From the NCBI GenBank assembly GCA_963733285.1, contig CAVTDA010000172.1, positions 6,070 to 70,069 on the forward strand: 64,000 nucleotides of DNA, written 5' to 3'. A program made the position numbers and the translations under genes. Below, one piece after another: positions 31,195 through 41,876 of this stretch (position 1 is the stretch's first letter; each line of letters begins with the position of its first letter). The notes beneath the pieces were generated by a model, which had not been told where the DNA came from, searched no databases, and saw only the letters and a program-made list of their open reading frames with translations. The DNA is from an uncultured Acidobacteriota bacterium (GTDB lineage: Bacteria > Acidobacteriota > Terriglobia > UBA7540).

Positions 31195-32412
31195 CTACTG
31201 TGGCACACCGGACTCGGGCGGTTCTTTCTCCTTGAGGAGTTGGTGCATTTCCTGGTAAACCTCGTGGATTTTTTTCCTTGAATTTTCCAAATCCTCAAAG
31301 ACTTTAATCTCCCTGTCTGCATCTTGCGGCTGCCCCAATCTCCGGTAGGTCTGGGCAAGGAGATAGTGTACGGTTGAGTCAACCGGGTCCAGACGGGCAG
31401 CTTCGCGCAAGTGAGTGAGAGCCTCTTGATTCTTGCCCATTCTGATCAGGACCTTTCCCAATCCCAATTGAGCGTTGGAGAAATTGGGCTGGAGTTGCAA
31501 GGCTCGGGCGTAGCTCTGATAGGCAGCATCGAGCCTCGTGTTGCCGGCGGAGAGGTAGAGGTCTCCCAACCTTCCCTCCGCGTTAACGTTACCTGGGTTG
31601 AGGGCTAGCTCCGCTTTGAAAGCTTCTTCAGCTTCCTCGCGGTCCCGCTGGGTTTTGGACTTCTGCAGCAACGCCTCGCCGAGTTCAAAGTGGGCGCCCG
31701 GCAATTGAGGATCAAGCTGCAAGACCTTCTTATACTGTTCGATTGCACCGTCACGGTCACCCTCATTAATCAGGTGCTCGGCAATGATCAAGTGCATCCG
31801 GGCGCTGTCAGGATCCAAAAGGGCGATCGCGTTCAAAGCGCTGTCGGCCAAATCTGAGTAAGTTCGGTAGGCGGAGTACAGAACATCCAAATTCTTCGGA
31901 TCAAGCTGCAGGAGCGTGTTGATCACCTCCGCGGATTTTCCAATTTCTCCTACCTGATAGTCGAGTTCGGCCAGTTCCAATCCAACTTGGGTTTTCAGTT
32001 TCGGCTCTTGGAGATGCGGGAACGATTTCTCAAGCCAGCTTCGCGCACTCGTGAGGTGACCGAGCCGTTTTTCGCACATGCCCAGCAGCGCCTGCACCTT
32101 CCACAGCGCGGGATCCAATTTTACTACCTGACGGAAGTTGTCGGCCGCATCAGCGAATTGGCCTTGCATGAATGAAATCACGCCGAGGTTTGCGCGCGCG
32201 TCGATGTTTTTCGGGTCCAATTCCAGAGCTGCCTGGTATTCGCGGATCGCGGAATCTGGATCATTGACCTTCAAAGCCTCTTGGGCGCGCTGAAGGTGTG
32301 ACTGAATTTCCCGCTGAGTCTTGTCGCTCGTCTGAGAGTAAGAAAGTGTGCAAAGGAAAACCATGCTCAGAACTGTGGCTAGGCACTTCCAATGCTTAGA
32401 TATCGATTTCAT
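31195..32412 (-). CDS. secreted tetratricopeptide (TPR) repeat protein
   Basis: Signal peptide, then repeated 34-aa TPR units (…AIREYQAALELDPKNIDARANLG…). Confidence 0.75.
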   Translation of the reverse strand: MKSISKHWKCLATVLSMVFLCTLSYSQTSDKTQREIQSHLQRAQEALKVNDPDSAIREYQAALELDPKNIDARANLGVISFMQGQFADAADNFRQVVKLDPALWKVQALLGMCEKRLGHLTSARSWLEKSFPHLQEPKLKTQVGLELAELDYQVGEIGKSAEVINTLLQLDPKNLDVLYSAYRTYSDLADSALNAIALLDPDSARMHLIIAEHLINEGDRDGAIEQYKKVLQLDPQLPGAHFELGEALLQKSKTQRDREEAEEAFKAELALNPGNVNAEGRLGDLYLSAGNTRLDAAYQSYARALQLQPNFSNAQLGLGKVLIRMGKNQEALTHLREAARLDPVDSTVHYLLAQTYRRLGQPQDADREIKVFEDLENSRKKIHEVYQEMHQLLKEKEPPESGVPQ

Positions 32413-32603
32413 GGGTGGGCTCCGCCGATTGAACGGGCATCATACCATCACGGCAGGAGTTGCGGTAACTCCTCAGCGGCCAATTTCTCTTGAGTGCTCT
32501 CTGGAATCAAATTCCTTCTGACCGGGCGGGTCGATTCTTATCAAGAAACTTTCACTGGGGACAAATCCGCAGCACGAGATGCAGCGGCTGCGCTAGGGGC
32601 TGA

Positions 32604-33368
32604 CTATTGTATAGGAATCGGTGGGGCCTGTGTCGCGGCACTGGCCTTGCCATTCACTTGAGAGCCAGCGAGATACTCGTGTAAGAACTTCACGGGGAAT
32701 TTATCGAGGTGCTCACGCATCGCCAGGCGCGCCGATCTTACCTTCCTTTGCTTTAGTGCCTGAAGCACTTTCTGATGACTCTTGAAAATTTCATCCCGTC
32801 TTCCGAAGAAGTGATCAGACTTGATCACGGCATCTTCAATAAGTCCCTGGATCGTGTGTAAGAACCGAGCCAAGATCAGGTTTTGGGAGCCGTCCGCTAT
32901 TGCTAAGTGGAATTGCATATCTAGGGAGGCAAGACACTCAGGGGGTAGGTCCTTCGTCGTTTCCATCTCAAGGACTAACGCTTCGATTTTTAGGAGGTCT
33001 GCATCTGTGGCACGCCGGGCACACAAAGCCGTCAGCTCTGTTTCCAAAAGCACTCGCGTCTCAAACAGGTCATCCACGTCTTTCTGGGTCCTGAGTGTGC
33101 CGTGGGCAAAGACGTCCTGAACCGACTTGACGGACCCGTCCCTAACGTATGTACCATCCCCAGGCTTTATCACGACGAGGCCGACAAAGGAGAGAGATCT
33201 CAAAGCTTCGCGCAAAGTCGAGCGGCCGATGTGAAGGGTCTTGCGAAGCTCCATCTCCGAGGGCAACTTTTCGCCGGGCTTCCACTTCCCCGCTGTAACC
33301 AACCTTGCCAACTGCCCAGCCACTTGTTCCCCAAGGGTAGTTCTTGAAACAGGGGTTAATTTCATCAT
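32604..33368 (-). CDS. GntR family (FadR/FCD-type) transcriptional regulator
   Basis: N-terminal winged HTH (…KLPSEMELRKTLHIGRSTLREALRSLSFVGLVVIKPGDGTYV) plus an FCD-like helical C-terminal domain. Confidence 0.85.
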   Translation of the reverse strand: MMKLTPVSRTTLGEQVAGQLARLVTAGKWKPGEKLPSEMELRKTLHIGRSTLREALRSLSFVGLVVIKPGDGTYVRDGSVKSVQDVFAHGTLRTQKDVDDLFETRVLLETELTALCARRATDADLLKIEALVLEMETTKDLPPECLASLDMQFHLAIADGSQNLILARFLHTIQGLIEDAVIKSDHFFGRRDEIFKSHQKVLQALKQRKVRSARLAMREHLDKFPVKFLHEYLAGSQVNGKASAATQAPPIPIQ

Positions 33369-33858
33369 GCCTCAGCGGTAATTCTCTTGCCCTTCCGGTT
33401 TTCAAGTCCCGTGTCGAGGCATCCTGCCTTACCCTGGCCCGGGCCAAAGGATTGCGATTTTTTTGGGGGCTGCGAAGCAGTCCGCAAGCACTGGGAAGGT
33501 TTGAGATAGCTCCAGCGCAACCGCAGCGACGTCTTGGGGGAAATCCAGATGAGCACGCCCATGGCAATAGTACCACCTCAGGCATGTTCCGATACTGCGC
33601 AGGCTTTGCGCAGCTCGTCTCAAATATGCCGCCGCACCATCCAATATTGTGCGATCCGACAAGGCAATCCTACTAAGAGCGATAACATACCATGAACCCG
33701 ATTCAAAAAGTCAAAGAATTCTCTTGGAAGAACTTTGTCGCTGGTCATCTATGATGAGTCGTTAGCCCCGCCCGAATAGTTGTTCGCCTCCCACATTAAA
33801 CACGTATTCCATTGATTCTAAAAGGTATCGGATAGGTGTGTATTCATCCATGCCTGAT

Positions 33859-33878
33859 TGTCAACATAGTTGTTGACA
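33859..33878. promoter_or_regulatory. palindrome TGTCAACA-N4-TGTTGACA, candidate GntR operator / promoter element
   Basis: Perfect 8-bp arms at 33859-33866 and 33871-33878, in the AT-rich gap between the divergent GntR gene and the TonB-dependent receptor gene. It contains two TTGACA hexamers. Confidence 0.3.
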
Positions 33879-34031
33879 GCGCAAGCCACGAGGCGTATAA
33901 GAGTCTCAATTATATGACATGCAGTCTTGCAATAGATCTGCATGTCAGACAACTGAATATTTCCATTTTGATGCGTCGGGTTTTATTGGTCAGGCTCCAT
34001 ATCGAGAACTCCAGCGAAAAGGAGCAACACA

Positions 34032-37000
34032 TTGAATAGCCTCGAGAAAGACTGCTCGCATCACTTCAAGACGCGCCAAGGTCTTATCCCCTTGGTCGCA
34101 CTCGTTTTCTTATTCTTATTTGCAGCAATCTCTGCCTTCGGTCAGAACCGGAATGCCGGCGAGATTCGTGGAACGGTCCTTGACGTCAGTGGAGCGGCTG
34201 TTCCAGGGGTTGCGGTAGAGGTCACAAACGAATTGACCGGCGTCAAGACCCAAACCACCACGGGAGATGCAGGTGTATACGACATCCCGTGGGTTGAGAC
34301 GGGGCGTTACACGGTGACTTTCACCAAGGAAGGGTTCAAACAGGTCGTACAAAACAACGTTGAACTCCACGTGGCCACCATCACGGTGAACGCTACCATG
34401 CAACTGGGAGCTGTCTCCACGCAGATCACCGTAGTCTCCAAGACCGCACTGTTACAAACGGAGACCACAGAGAAAAGCCTCATTCTGTCGCCCAGTTCCA
34501 TTGAGGAACTGCCCAATGTGGGCCATGATTACGGGGCCTATATGCTTCTGGTCCCCGGTGCTAATCCTGGAAAGACCGACTCCGGCGATTTCAGCAATGG
34601 AGCCAGTATTGGCATCAACGGATCGGAACCCAATAACAACAATTGGCTTCTGGATGGCGGCGCCGTCACCGGCCCGGGAAGTTACAATGGCAGCACGGCC
34701 ATTCCCATGGAGTCGATCAGCGAAGTCAACGTCAACGCTAGCAACATGGGCGCTGAATACGGGAACGGGTTCTTTTCCTTCAGTGTGATCACCAAGAGCG
34801 GGACGAACCAGTTCCACGGATCGGCTTTTGAATTTGTGCAGAACAACGTCTTTAACGCCCGCAACTTCTTCTCTCCCAGCGTGGCCCCGGAACGTTGGAA
34901 CGAATTTGGCGGCACCATCGGTGGTCCCATCAAGAAGGACAAGCTGTTCTTCTTTTTCAGTTATCAACGCAACCCCACGGTGGGCTACAGCCCGTCGTTT
35001 TACACGTATCCGACGACGTCCATGCGCGAGGGGAACTTCGGGGGCGGGGATCCCCACCCTTTATGATCCCTCCACCACCACGCTGGTAGACGGGGTCCCT
35101 ACGCGGACGGCCTTCCCCGGTAACATCATTTCCCCCATCGACAAAGTGGGCGCTGCCATTGACGCGTATTATCCGAAACCACAGACCTCCGCCTTGTACA
35201 ACAACTATTTCGTGAATGCCAAAAACCCCAGCATCAATAATTGGTACAACTTTAAAGTCGACTTCAATATCTCCGAGAAGCAACGGTTGATGTACTCAGG
35301 AATGATCACTAACTCGTATCAGGTGCAGACGTCGCCGGCCGACCCAATCGGCACGCTGGACATCTGGGGCCCCACCGCGCCCGAGATGCAACTCACCCAT
35401 ACTTACACCATCAGCCCTTCCCTGGTTAATGAATTCCGCATTTCCTACTATCGGGGGCTGTCTATAATTGGGGCCCCGACTTCCAGAAGGGCTATCCCGC
35501 CAAACTGGGCTTGAACAACGCCGTGTCGGACGCTTTCCCCAATATCAGCGTCAGCGGGGTCGTATCACCCTCCGGCCTGGGCACTGCCCCCTCCAATGGC
35601 CTGTGGCAAAACAACTTCACTTTCACTGACACTGTCGATTGGATCAAAGGCAAGCACGCCATCAAGATGGGCGGGGAGTTTGACAAGTGGCAAGTGAATC
35701 AGGATCCGTTTGATTTTGTGGATTCGGGCAACTTCTCCTTCAATGGAATCTTCACCCGCAATCCCGCCGACCCCACCAGTACGGGTTTGGGTTACGCGGA
35801 CCTGCTGCTGGGGCTTCCCCAATCCTGGAATGTCCTCAGTGGACCGATAACCGGTGGGCGTGTCTGGAACCTCCAGTTGTTTATTCAGGATTCCTACAAG
35901 ATAAAGCCGAATTTAACCGTGAACGTCGGTGTCCGGTACCTGAATCAGGAGGGATGGACGGAAGAACATAATCATATCGCGCAGTTTGATCCTACCCTCA
36001 CCAACGCGGCCACCGGAACCCCGGGCGCCGTATGGTTCGGCGGGGCGGATGGCCGCACTTCTGTGCAAGCGCCCCAACATGCCGTTTTCGTGCCACGCTT
36101 AGGAGTTGCCTGGTCGCCAAAATCCACCTGGACAGTGCGTGGTGCGTACGGGCTCTATAGCTTCCCGTGGGGTGACCAGAATTACTTTGGCTCCGGCCAG
36201 GGTGAGGACGGCTGGTTTATCCAGGGGACGCAAACCTCAACCGACAACATCACGCCGATCTTTACGATGGCCCAGGGGCCGCCGCTTCCTGTTTACCCGC
36301 CGTCTAACCCCATCACGGCCCCCAACAGCCTGCTGAACGGTCAGAACCTCCTCTATAACCCTTACCATGTTCCGATAACCTACATGGGACAGTGGCACTT
36401 CGGAGTCCAGCACCAAATGGCAGGGTTTCTGATCGATGTCGCCTACGTGGGCAGCCACCTCTATAACCTGGGCTTTGGCGCGGATATTAACCAGGTCCCG
36501 GAGAGCAAACTCGCCGCTGGAAATGCCCAACTCCTGAGGCCCTACCCGCAATTCTCGGCCATCTCGGGCGTAACCTTTAATGGCCGATCCGGCTACAATG
36601 CGCTCCAAGTCGGTGTCAAGAGACCCATGGGCCATGGCTTTTTGATGCTTGTGAATTACGCCTATGGGCACTCGCTTGACACGGGCACCGGCGAAGGCGG
36701 CAACGGGATGCTGAGGACAGAAATTTGGCAGAACGCCTACAATCCCCAAGCCAACTACGGGAGCTCGGTAAGCGACATTCGACATCTCTTTAATGGGGCC
36801 ATTGTGTATCAGTTGCCCATCGGTAAAGGACACGCCTATCTCAACAATAGTGGCGTTGCGGACGCCTTCATTGGGGGATGGCAAGCCTCAACCATCTTCA
36901 TGGCCCATTCCGGGGAGCCCTTCACTCCGGCAATAGGTACAGCAAACCTCAGCAACTCGCTTGCCGGGTCGTGGTATCCCAATCGTGTCGGCACCGGATC

Positions 37001-37310
37001 GATCTCGAATCCTACGATCCATGAATGGTTTAACCCCGCGGCGTTTAAGGTGCCCGCGCCCTATACGTTTGGCAATTCCGGGCGCAATATCTTGTACGGG
37101 CCAGGCCTAGGCCTCGTGAATTTCAGCTTGGCAAAGAGTTTTAACCTCGTGGAGAAAGTGAAACTTCAAATCCGCGCGGATGCCATTAACTTCTTCAACC
37201 ATCCCAACTTCGGACAGCCGAACACGGGGATCGGCACCGCTGGGGCAGGAATAATCTCTTCGGCGGACGCTGCCCGCACCATTCAGCTTGGAGCGGTTCT
37301 GCGGTTTTGA
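34032..37310 (+). CDS. TonB-dependent receptor with CarboxypepD_reg-like N-terminal domain, two frame breaks
   Basis: Signal peptide, then GEIRGTVLDVSGAAVPGVAVEVTNELTGV…GRYTVTFTKEGF, a long beta-barrel, and the C-terminal …TIQLGAVLRF. Pieces 34032-35066, 34828-35514 and 35511-37310 join at G5 runs 35040-35044 and 35453-35457. Confidence 0.85.
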
Positions 37311-37704
37311 AGAAGCTAACTTTATAGCTTCTGACTTGTCACTTTCAGCCGATTAGATTCTCGACTTCCCAAGGGTGGTGCATGACCGTGGATGCATCGC
37401 CCTTGGGAATGTGTTCAAGACGGCTCAATTTATCTTGAGCGGGGCTAGGCAATTCTCCGAGTCATATATCGTCCCGATATTGGAATAATTTGGGGCCTTG
37501 GGTCGACGCCAACAAACATCTGGTTGCGGCTCGTGGATTACGCTCAAAGTTGGACTCGAGAATCGAGCGCGTGCGTCGAATGGCTAAGTCTTAGGGCAAG
37601 GGAGAGCTTCGCAAAGGCCTTGCCTGCGCCGATACCTCCGCGCGAGAACGGACCCCCTCACCCCGCGGCGCACGGCCGCGACCCTCTGTCGCCGCGGCAA
37701 CCGA

Positions 37705-37884
37705 GGGAAGTTGAAAACCAGATATTTTCGTTTTGCCCCCTCGTCGGTCCCCCGACACTAACCCGTATCATCTATCGGTGGATTTTGATGAGGCCATGAA
37801 GGTTTTTTTGTTGGATTGCGGCGAGGCGCGAAAAAATTTACTACCGAATCAAGCGAGTTATGTATTGGGAAGTCTCTAGCGCTT
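37705..37884. repeat. copy A of a direct repeat of about 175 bp (period about 577 bp)
   Basis: About 90 percent identical by eye to 38283-38460 (…ccctcgtcggtcccccgacactaaccc.tatcatctatcgg.ggattttgatgaggccatgaaggtttttttgttggattg…ccgaatcaagcgagtt…gtattgggaag…tctagcgctt). Confidence 0.75.
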
Positions 37885-38035
37885 TTCCACCGGGACAAAT
37901 AGGACGCAGGTGGGCGACGGGCAATCCTCCTTCTGCCCGGTCGGAGTCAATCGCCCGGTCGCGGGGTCAACGCGAAACACCACGAGCGAGCCGGATTCCT
38001 GATTCGCGGCGATCAAGTAACGGCCCGCAAGAGAA
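37876..38035 (-). pseudogene. orphan 3'-terminal fragment of the lactonase gene
   Basis: The minus strand reads …LAGRYLIAANQESGSLVVFRVDPATGRLTPTGQKEDCPSPTCVLFVPVEKR*. 37887-38015 matches 44039-44167 at 128 of 129 nt. Confidence 0.8.
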
Positions 38036-38282
38036 GGGGTGCCCGTCTCCGTTCAAATTAGCCCTAGGTTGAATCACCAAGACACAAAGAGGACCCTGGG
38101 GAGCCAGGGATTCAGACCGGCAAGAGCAGTTTCACGCAAAGGCGCAAAGGGCGCGAAGGGAGGAAGAAAGCAAAGAAGTTCCCCCCTTGCCCCCACAACA
38201 AGCACCGCGTGGGGCCCCCTCCACACTGTGCTCCCCCCTCATTCGCCACCGCAAATATTCGACCCTCAAAGCGGGCGCGGGA

Positions 38283-38460
38283 GGCAAGTTGAACTTTGAA
38301 TGTTTCGTTTCCCCCCTCGTCGGTCCCCCGACACTAACCCCTATCATCTATCGGCGGATTTTGATGAGGCCATGAAGGTTTTTTTGTTGGATTGAGCTGA
38401 GACGCGAAAAAATCAACCACCGAATCAAGCGAGTTGGGTATTGGGAAGCTTCTAGCGCTT
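38283..38460. repeat. copy B of the direct repeat of about 175 bp
   Basis: See copy A. Again followed immediately by a lactonase-like 3' fragment on the minus strand. Confidence 0.75.
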
Positions 38461-38640
38461 GTCCACCGGCACTAAAGGTAGGGGAAGGGGTGACGGGGGG
38501 AAATCGTCAGCGGGCAAGATCTGAAGTCGCCTCCCGGCGGAGTCTACTTCGCCTTCGCGCTTCCCCGGCGCGGCCGATAGTCTTAGCCGTGGGTGGGTTC
38601 GGAACGCCTGTTCCATTCCGAATCTCCAACATCGACCCAA
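38452..38640 (-). pseudogene. second, diverged lactonase-like 3'-terminal fragment
   Basis: The minus strand reads …FRTHPRLRLSAAPGKREGEVDSAGRRLQILPADDFPPSPLPLPLVPVDKR*. Its end (VPVDK) and the FR..P start parallel the real gene tail FRVDPATGRLTPTG…VLFVPVDKH*. Confidence 0.45.
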
Positions 38641-38703
38641 TTCTAACGGTATGTTGTGTTAGATTATGACCCTTGAATCAACGTTGAAAATGCGGGGAAC
38701 CGA

Positions 38704-41240
38704 TTGGCCGATAAAGAAGCGGCAGCGCGTATCAAAATCAATAAATTATTGGAATCGGCGGGCTGGCGTTTCTTCGCCGAGGGAAATCACCCTGCCAACA
38801 TCCGGCTTGAGGCCACCGCAAAGCTAAATTCATCCGACCTTGACGCGCTGGGCGAAAACTTTGAAAAGACGCAAAAGGGCTTCATTGATTTCTTGCTGCT
38901 TGACAGCAAGGGATTCCCGCTGCTCGTCTTGGAAGCCAAATCAGAAGACAAGCTACCGCTGGTCGGCAAGGAGCAGGCGCGGAAGTACGCCAAGTCCCAG
39001 AATTGCCGCTTCGTCATCCTCTCCAACGGCAACCTGCACTACTTTTGGGACTTGGAACGCGGCAACCCCTACATCATCACCTCATTCCCTACGCCGGATT
39101 CGGTGACGGGATATCACAAGGTCTCCCCCGATCCGCAACGCTTGATCGAAGACAAAGTCACCGATGACTACATCGTCCTGACTCAACACCCCACCTACCA
39201 ATCCGATGCCGCATGGCGCAATGAGGCGGAGCGACCAGGCTACATTGAGGCCAACAATCTTCGATTCCTCCGGCCGTATCAGTTGAAGGCCATCCACGCT
39301 CTCCAGCGGGCGGTGAAGGAGGGCAATGACCGCTTTCTGTTTGAGATGGCCACGGGCACGGGCAAAACGCTGATCGCCGCCGCGGTGGTCAAGCTCTTCC
39401 TCCGCTCCCGCAATGCCAGCCGGGTGCTATTTCTCGTCGATCGGCTGGAACTGGAAGAGCAGGCTAGAAAGCAGTTTGCCCGGCTGCTGGCGAACGATTA
39501 TCAAACCGTCGTTTACAAAGAGAACCGCGACGACTGGCGGCGCGCAGAAATTGTGGTCACGACCGTCCAATCGCTGCTCTTCAATAACAAATACCAGCGG
39601 CTATTCTCCCCCACCGATTTCGACCTGGTGATCTCCGACGAGGCGCATCGCTCCATCGGCGGCAACGCTCGCGCGGTGTTTGAATATTTCATCGGTTACA
39701 AGCTGGGCCTCACCGCCACGCCCCGCGACTACCTGCGCCGCTTCGTCTCGTCCGACCCCTCCACCAAAGATCCCCGCGAGGCCGAGCGGCGGCTCTGGGA
39801 AGATACCTACCGCACCTTTGGCTGTGAGTCGAGCCAGCCCACTTTCCGTTACTCACTGCTCGACGGCGTCAAGGACGGCTACCTGATCAACCCCACCGTC
39901 GTGGACGCGCGCACCGAGGTCACTACGGAATTGCTCTCGGAAAAGGGCTTCATCGTTTCTTTCAGGGATGATAATGGCGAGGACCAGGCCGAGGCCTACA
40001 AGCAGCGTGAGTTTGAGAAGCGCTTCTTTCCGCCGCCACCAATCAACTCTTCTGCAAAACCTTCTTGGAAAATGCCCTGCGCGATCCAGTGAGCAAAGAG
40101 ATCGGCAAGTCCATTATCTTTACCGTCAGCCAGAAGCACGCCACCAAACTGGTGCAGATTCTCAATCTGATGGCTGACCGTATGTTCCCCGGCAAGTATC
40201 AGTCGGATTTTGCCGTGCAGGTAACCTCGCAGATTCCCGACGCTCAGCAATTCACTGTCAATTTTTCCAACAACAACCTGCTGGGTTCGGCCAACTTCAT
40301 CTCAACCTACAAAACCAGCAAGGCCCGCGTCTGCGTAACCGTGGGGATGATGACCACGGGCTACGATTGCACCGACATCCTGAATCTCGGGTTGTTCCGC
40401 CCGATCTTCTCGCCCACGGATTTTATTCAGATCAAGGGGCGTGGCACCCGCACGCACAACTTCCTCGAACAACTTTTCGATGAAAGCCTCAAGGAGGGCG
40501 TTTTGCATCCGCGCAAAACCGCCTTCAAGCTTTTCGACTTCTTCGCCAACTGTGAATACTTCGAGGAAGACTTCAACTATGACGAAGTGTTGAAGCTTCC
40601 CGTACCCAAGGGAAAGCGGCATAAGAAAGATGAGGGTGGGGTCAAAGTAGCGGGTGGCATCTACGACCATCTGGGTGGCGACCTTATCGCCTCGATGAAG
40701 GAAGAAACCATCGGCTACGAGGGGATGAAGATTGATCGAATGTTCTTTGAGAGGTTTGAAGACACGGTCCGGGAAAACAAGACCATCGCCGCCGCCGTCG
40801 AGGCTGGCAAGTGGGACCAAGTCATCGACTACGTGAACCATGAAGTCTTTGACAAGCCTGAGGAATTCTACAGCCTCGATAAATTGCGCAAAGCGGCCGC
40901 CCTTGACCGCCGCCTGGGCTTGCGCGAAATCCTGGAAAAGATATTTGGGCTCATTCCCCGCTTCAAGTCCAAGGACGAACTATTGGAGGAAGAGTTCGCC
41001 AAGTTTGTTGCGGATTACAAACCGGAAGAGGCCGAGGCCATTCCCGCCATAAAGAACTACTTCAAGGCCTACGTGGGAAGCGACCAGATTCGCCACATTA
41101 TCGAGACCAAGCAGTTCACCGATTTGGCCACAAATTCCGTCTTTTCCACCCGTGACCTTAAGGCCGTCCCATCGAAATACCGCTGGCTGATTCCTGAATA
41201 CGTCAAGGACTATGTTTCCTTGAACCAATTTGCTCCGTAA
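38704..41240 (+). CDS. hsdR: type I restriction enzyme R subunit (HsdR, EcoEI-like C-terminus), one frame break
   Basis: N-terminal PD-(D/E)XK region (FIDFLLLDSKGFPLLVLEAKSE), helicase motifs FEMATGTGKT and DEAHRS, and a C-terminal EcoEI_R_C-like tail. ORFs 38704-40092 and 40065-41240 join at T-run 40027-40029 (…EKRFF / SAATNQLFCKTFLENALRDPV…). Confidence 0.85.
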
Positions 41241-41247
41241 AGGACGA

Positions 41248-41274
41248 AACATGGATAGTCAGGATGGACAGGAT
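41248..41274 (+). repeat. 27-bp repeat, copy F1
   Basis: aacatggatagtcaggatggacaggat begins 8 nt after the hsdR stop. Its ATG (41251) is the start of the GxxExxY ORF. Confidence 0.8.
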
Positions 41275-41676
41275 ATTGAATTAAGGGCGGAACTCAAACA
41301 TGAGGCAATTACCAGAGCGGTAATTGGGTGCGCCTTTGAGGTTATCAACGAATTGGGTGCGGGGTTCCTGGAATCGGTCTATGAAAACGCCCTGCTGATG
41401 GCCCTACGGCAGAAAGGTCTGAATGCGGTGGGCCAATCTCCGGCCCACGTAATGTTCCGCGGCGAATGTGTGGGTGAATTCTATGCGGATATCCTTGTCG
41501 AGGAGAAAGTGATCGTGGAGCTGAAGGCGGTCAAAGCCATCGCCCCCGAGCACCAGGCGCAGATTATCAACTATCTGAACGCCACAGGAATCGAAGTAGG
41601 GTTGCTCATAAACTTCGGAAACCCCAAACTGGAATACAAACGCTTTACCCGAAGCAAGGATTACAAACATGGATAG
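41251..41676 (+). CDS. GxxExxY protein (small PD-(D/E)XK superfamily protein) embedded between hsdR and hsdM
   Basis: GFLESVYENAL (GxxExxY at 41362-41382) and YADILVEEKVIVELKAVK (D…E.K nuclease-like motif). About 141 aa. The start and stop codons both lie inside copies of the 27-bp repeat. Confidence 0.8.
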   Translation: MDSQDGQDIELRAELKHEAITRAVIGCAFEVINELGAGFLESVYENALLMALRQKGLNAVGQSPAHVMFRGECVGEFYADILVEEKVIVELKAVKAIAPEHQAQIINYLNATGIEVGLLINFGNPKLEYKRFTRSKDYKHG

Positions 41677-41862
41677 ACAGAATGAACAGGATGGACTGAA
41701 AGGCTAAAAGCAAGACAGAATGGCTAAAGGCACGACAGAGAAACCGAAGAATCTAGTGGCTTTTTCCTCTTAATCCTGTCCATCCTGCCCATCCATGTTT
41801 GTTAAGCTTTTTTAGTTTGTCCGTTCTGTTTAAATATCCTGTCCATTCTGTCTATCCATGTT
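41666..41862. repeat. cluster of three 27-bp repeat copies (F2 forward, R1 and R2 inverted)
   Basis: F2 41666-41696 aacatggatagacagaatgaacaggatggac. R1 41773-41799 atcctgtccatcctgcccatccatgtt. R2 41836-41862 atcctgtccattctgtctatccatgtt. Confidence 0.8.
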
Positions 41863-41876
41863 GGTAAAAGGGGTCC

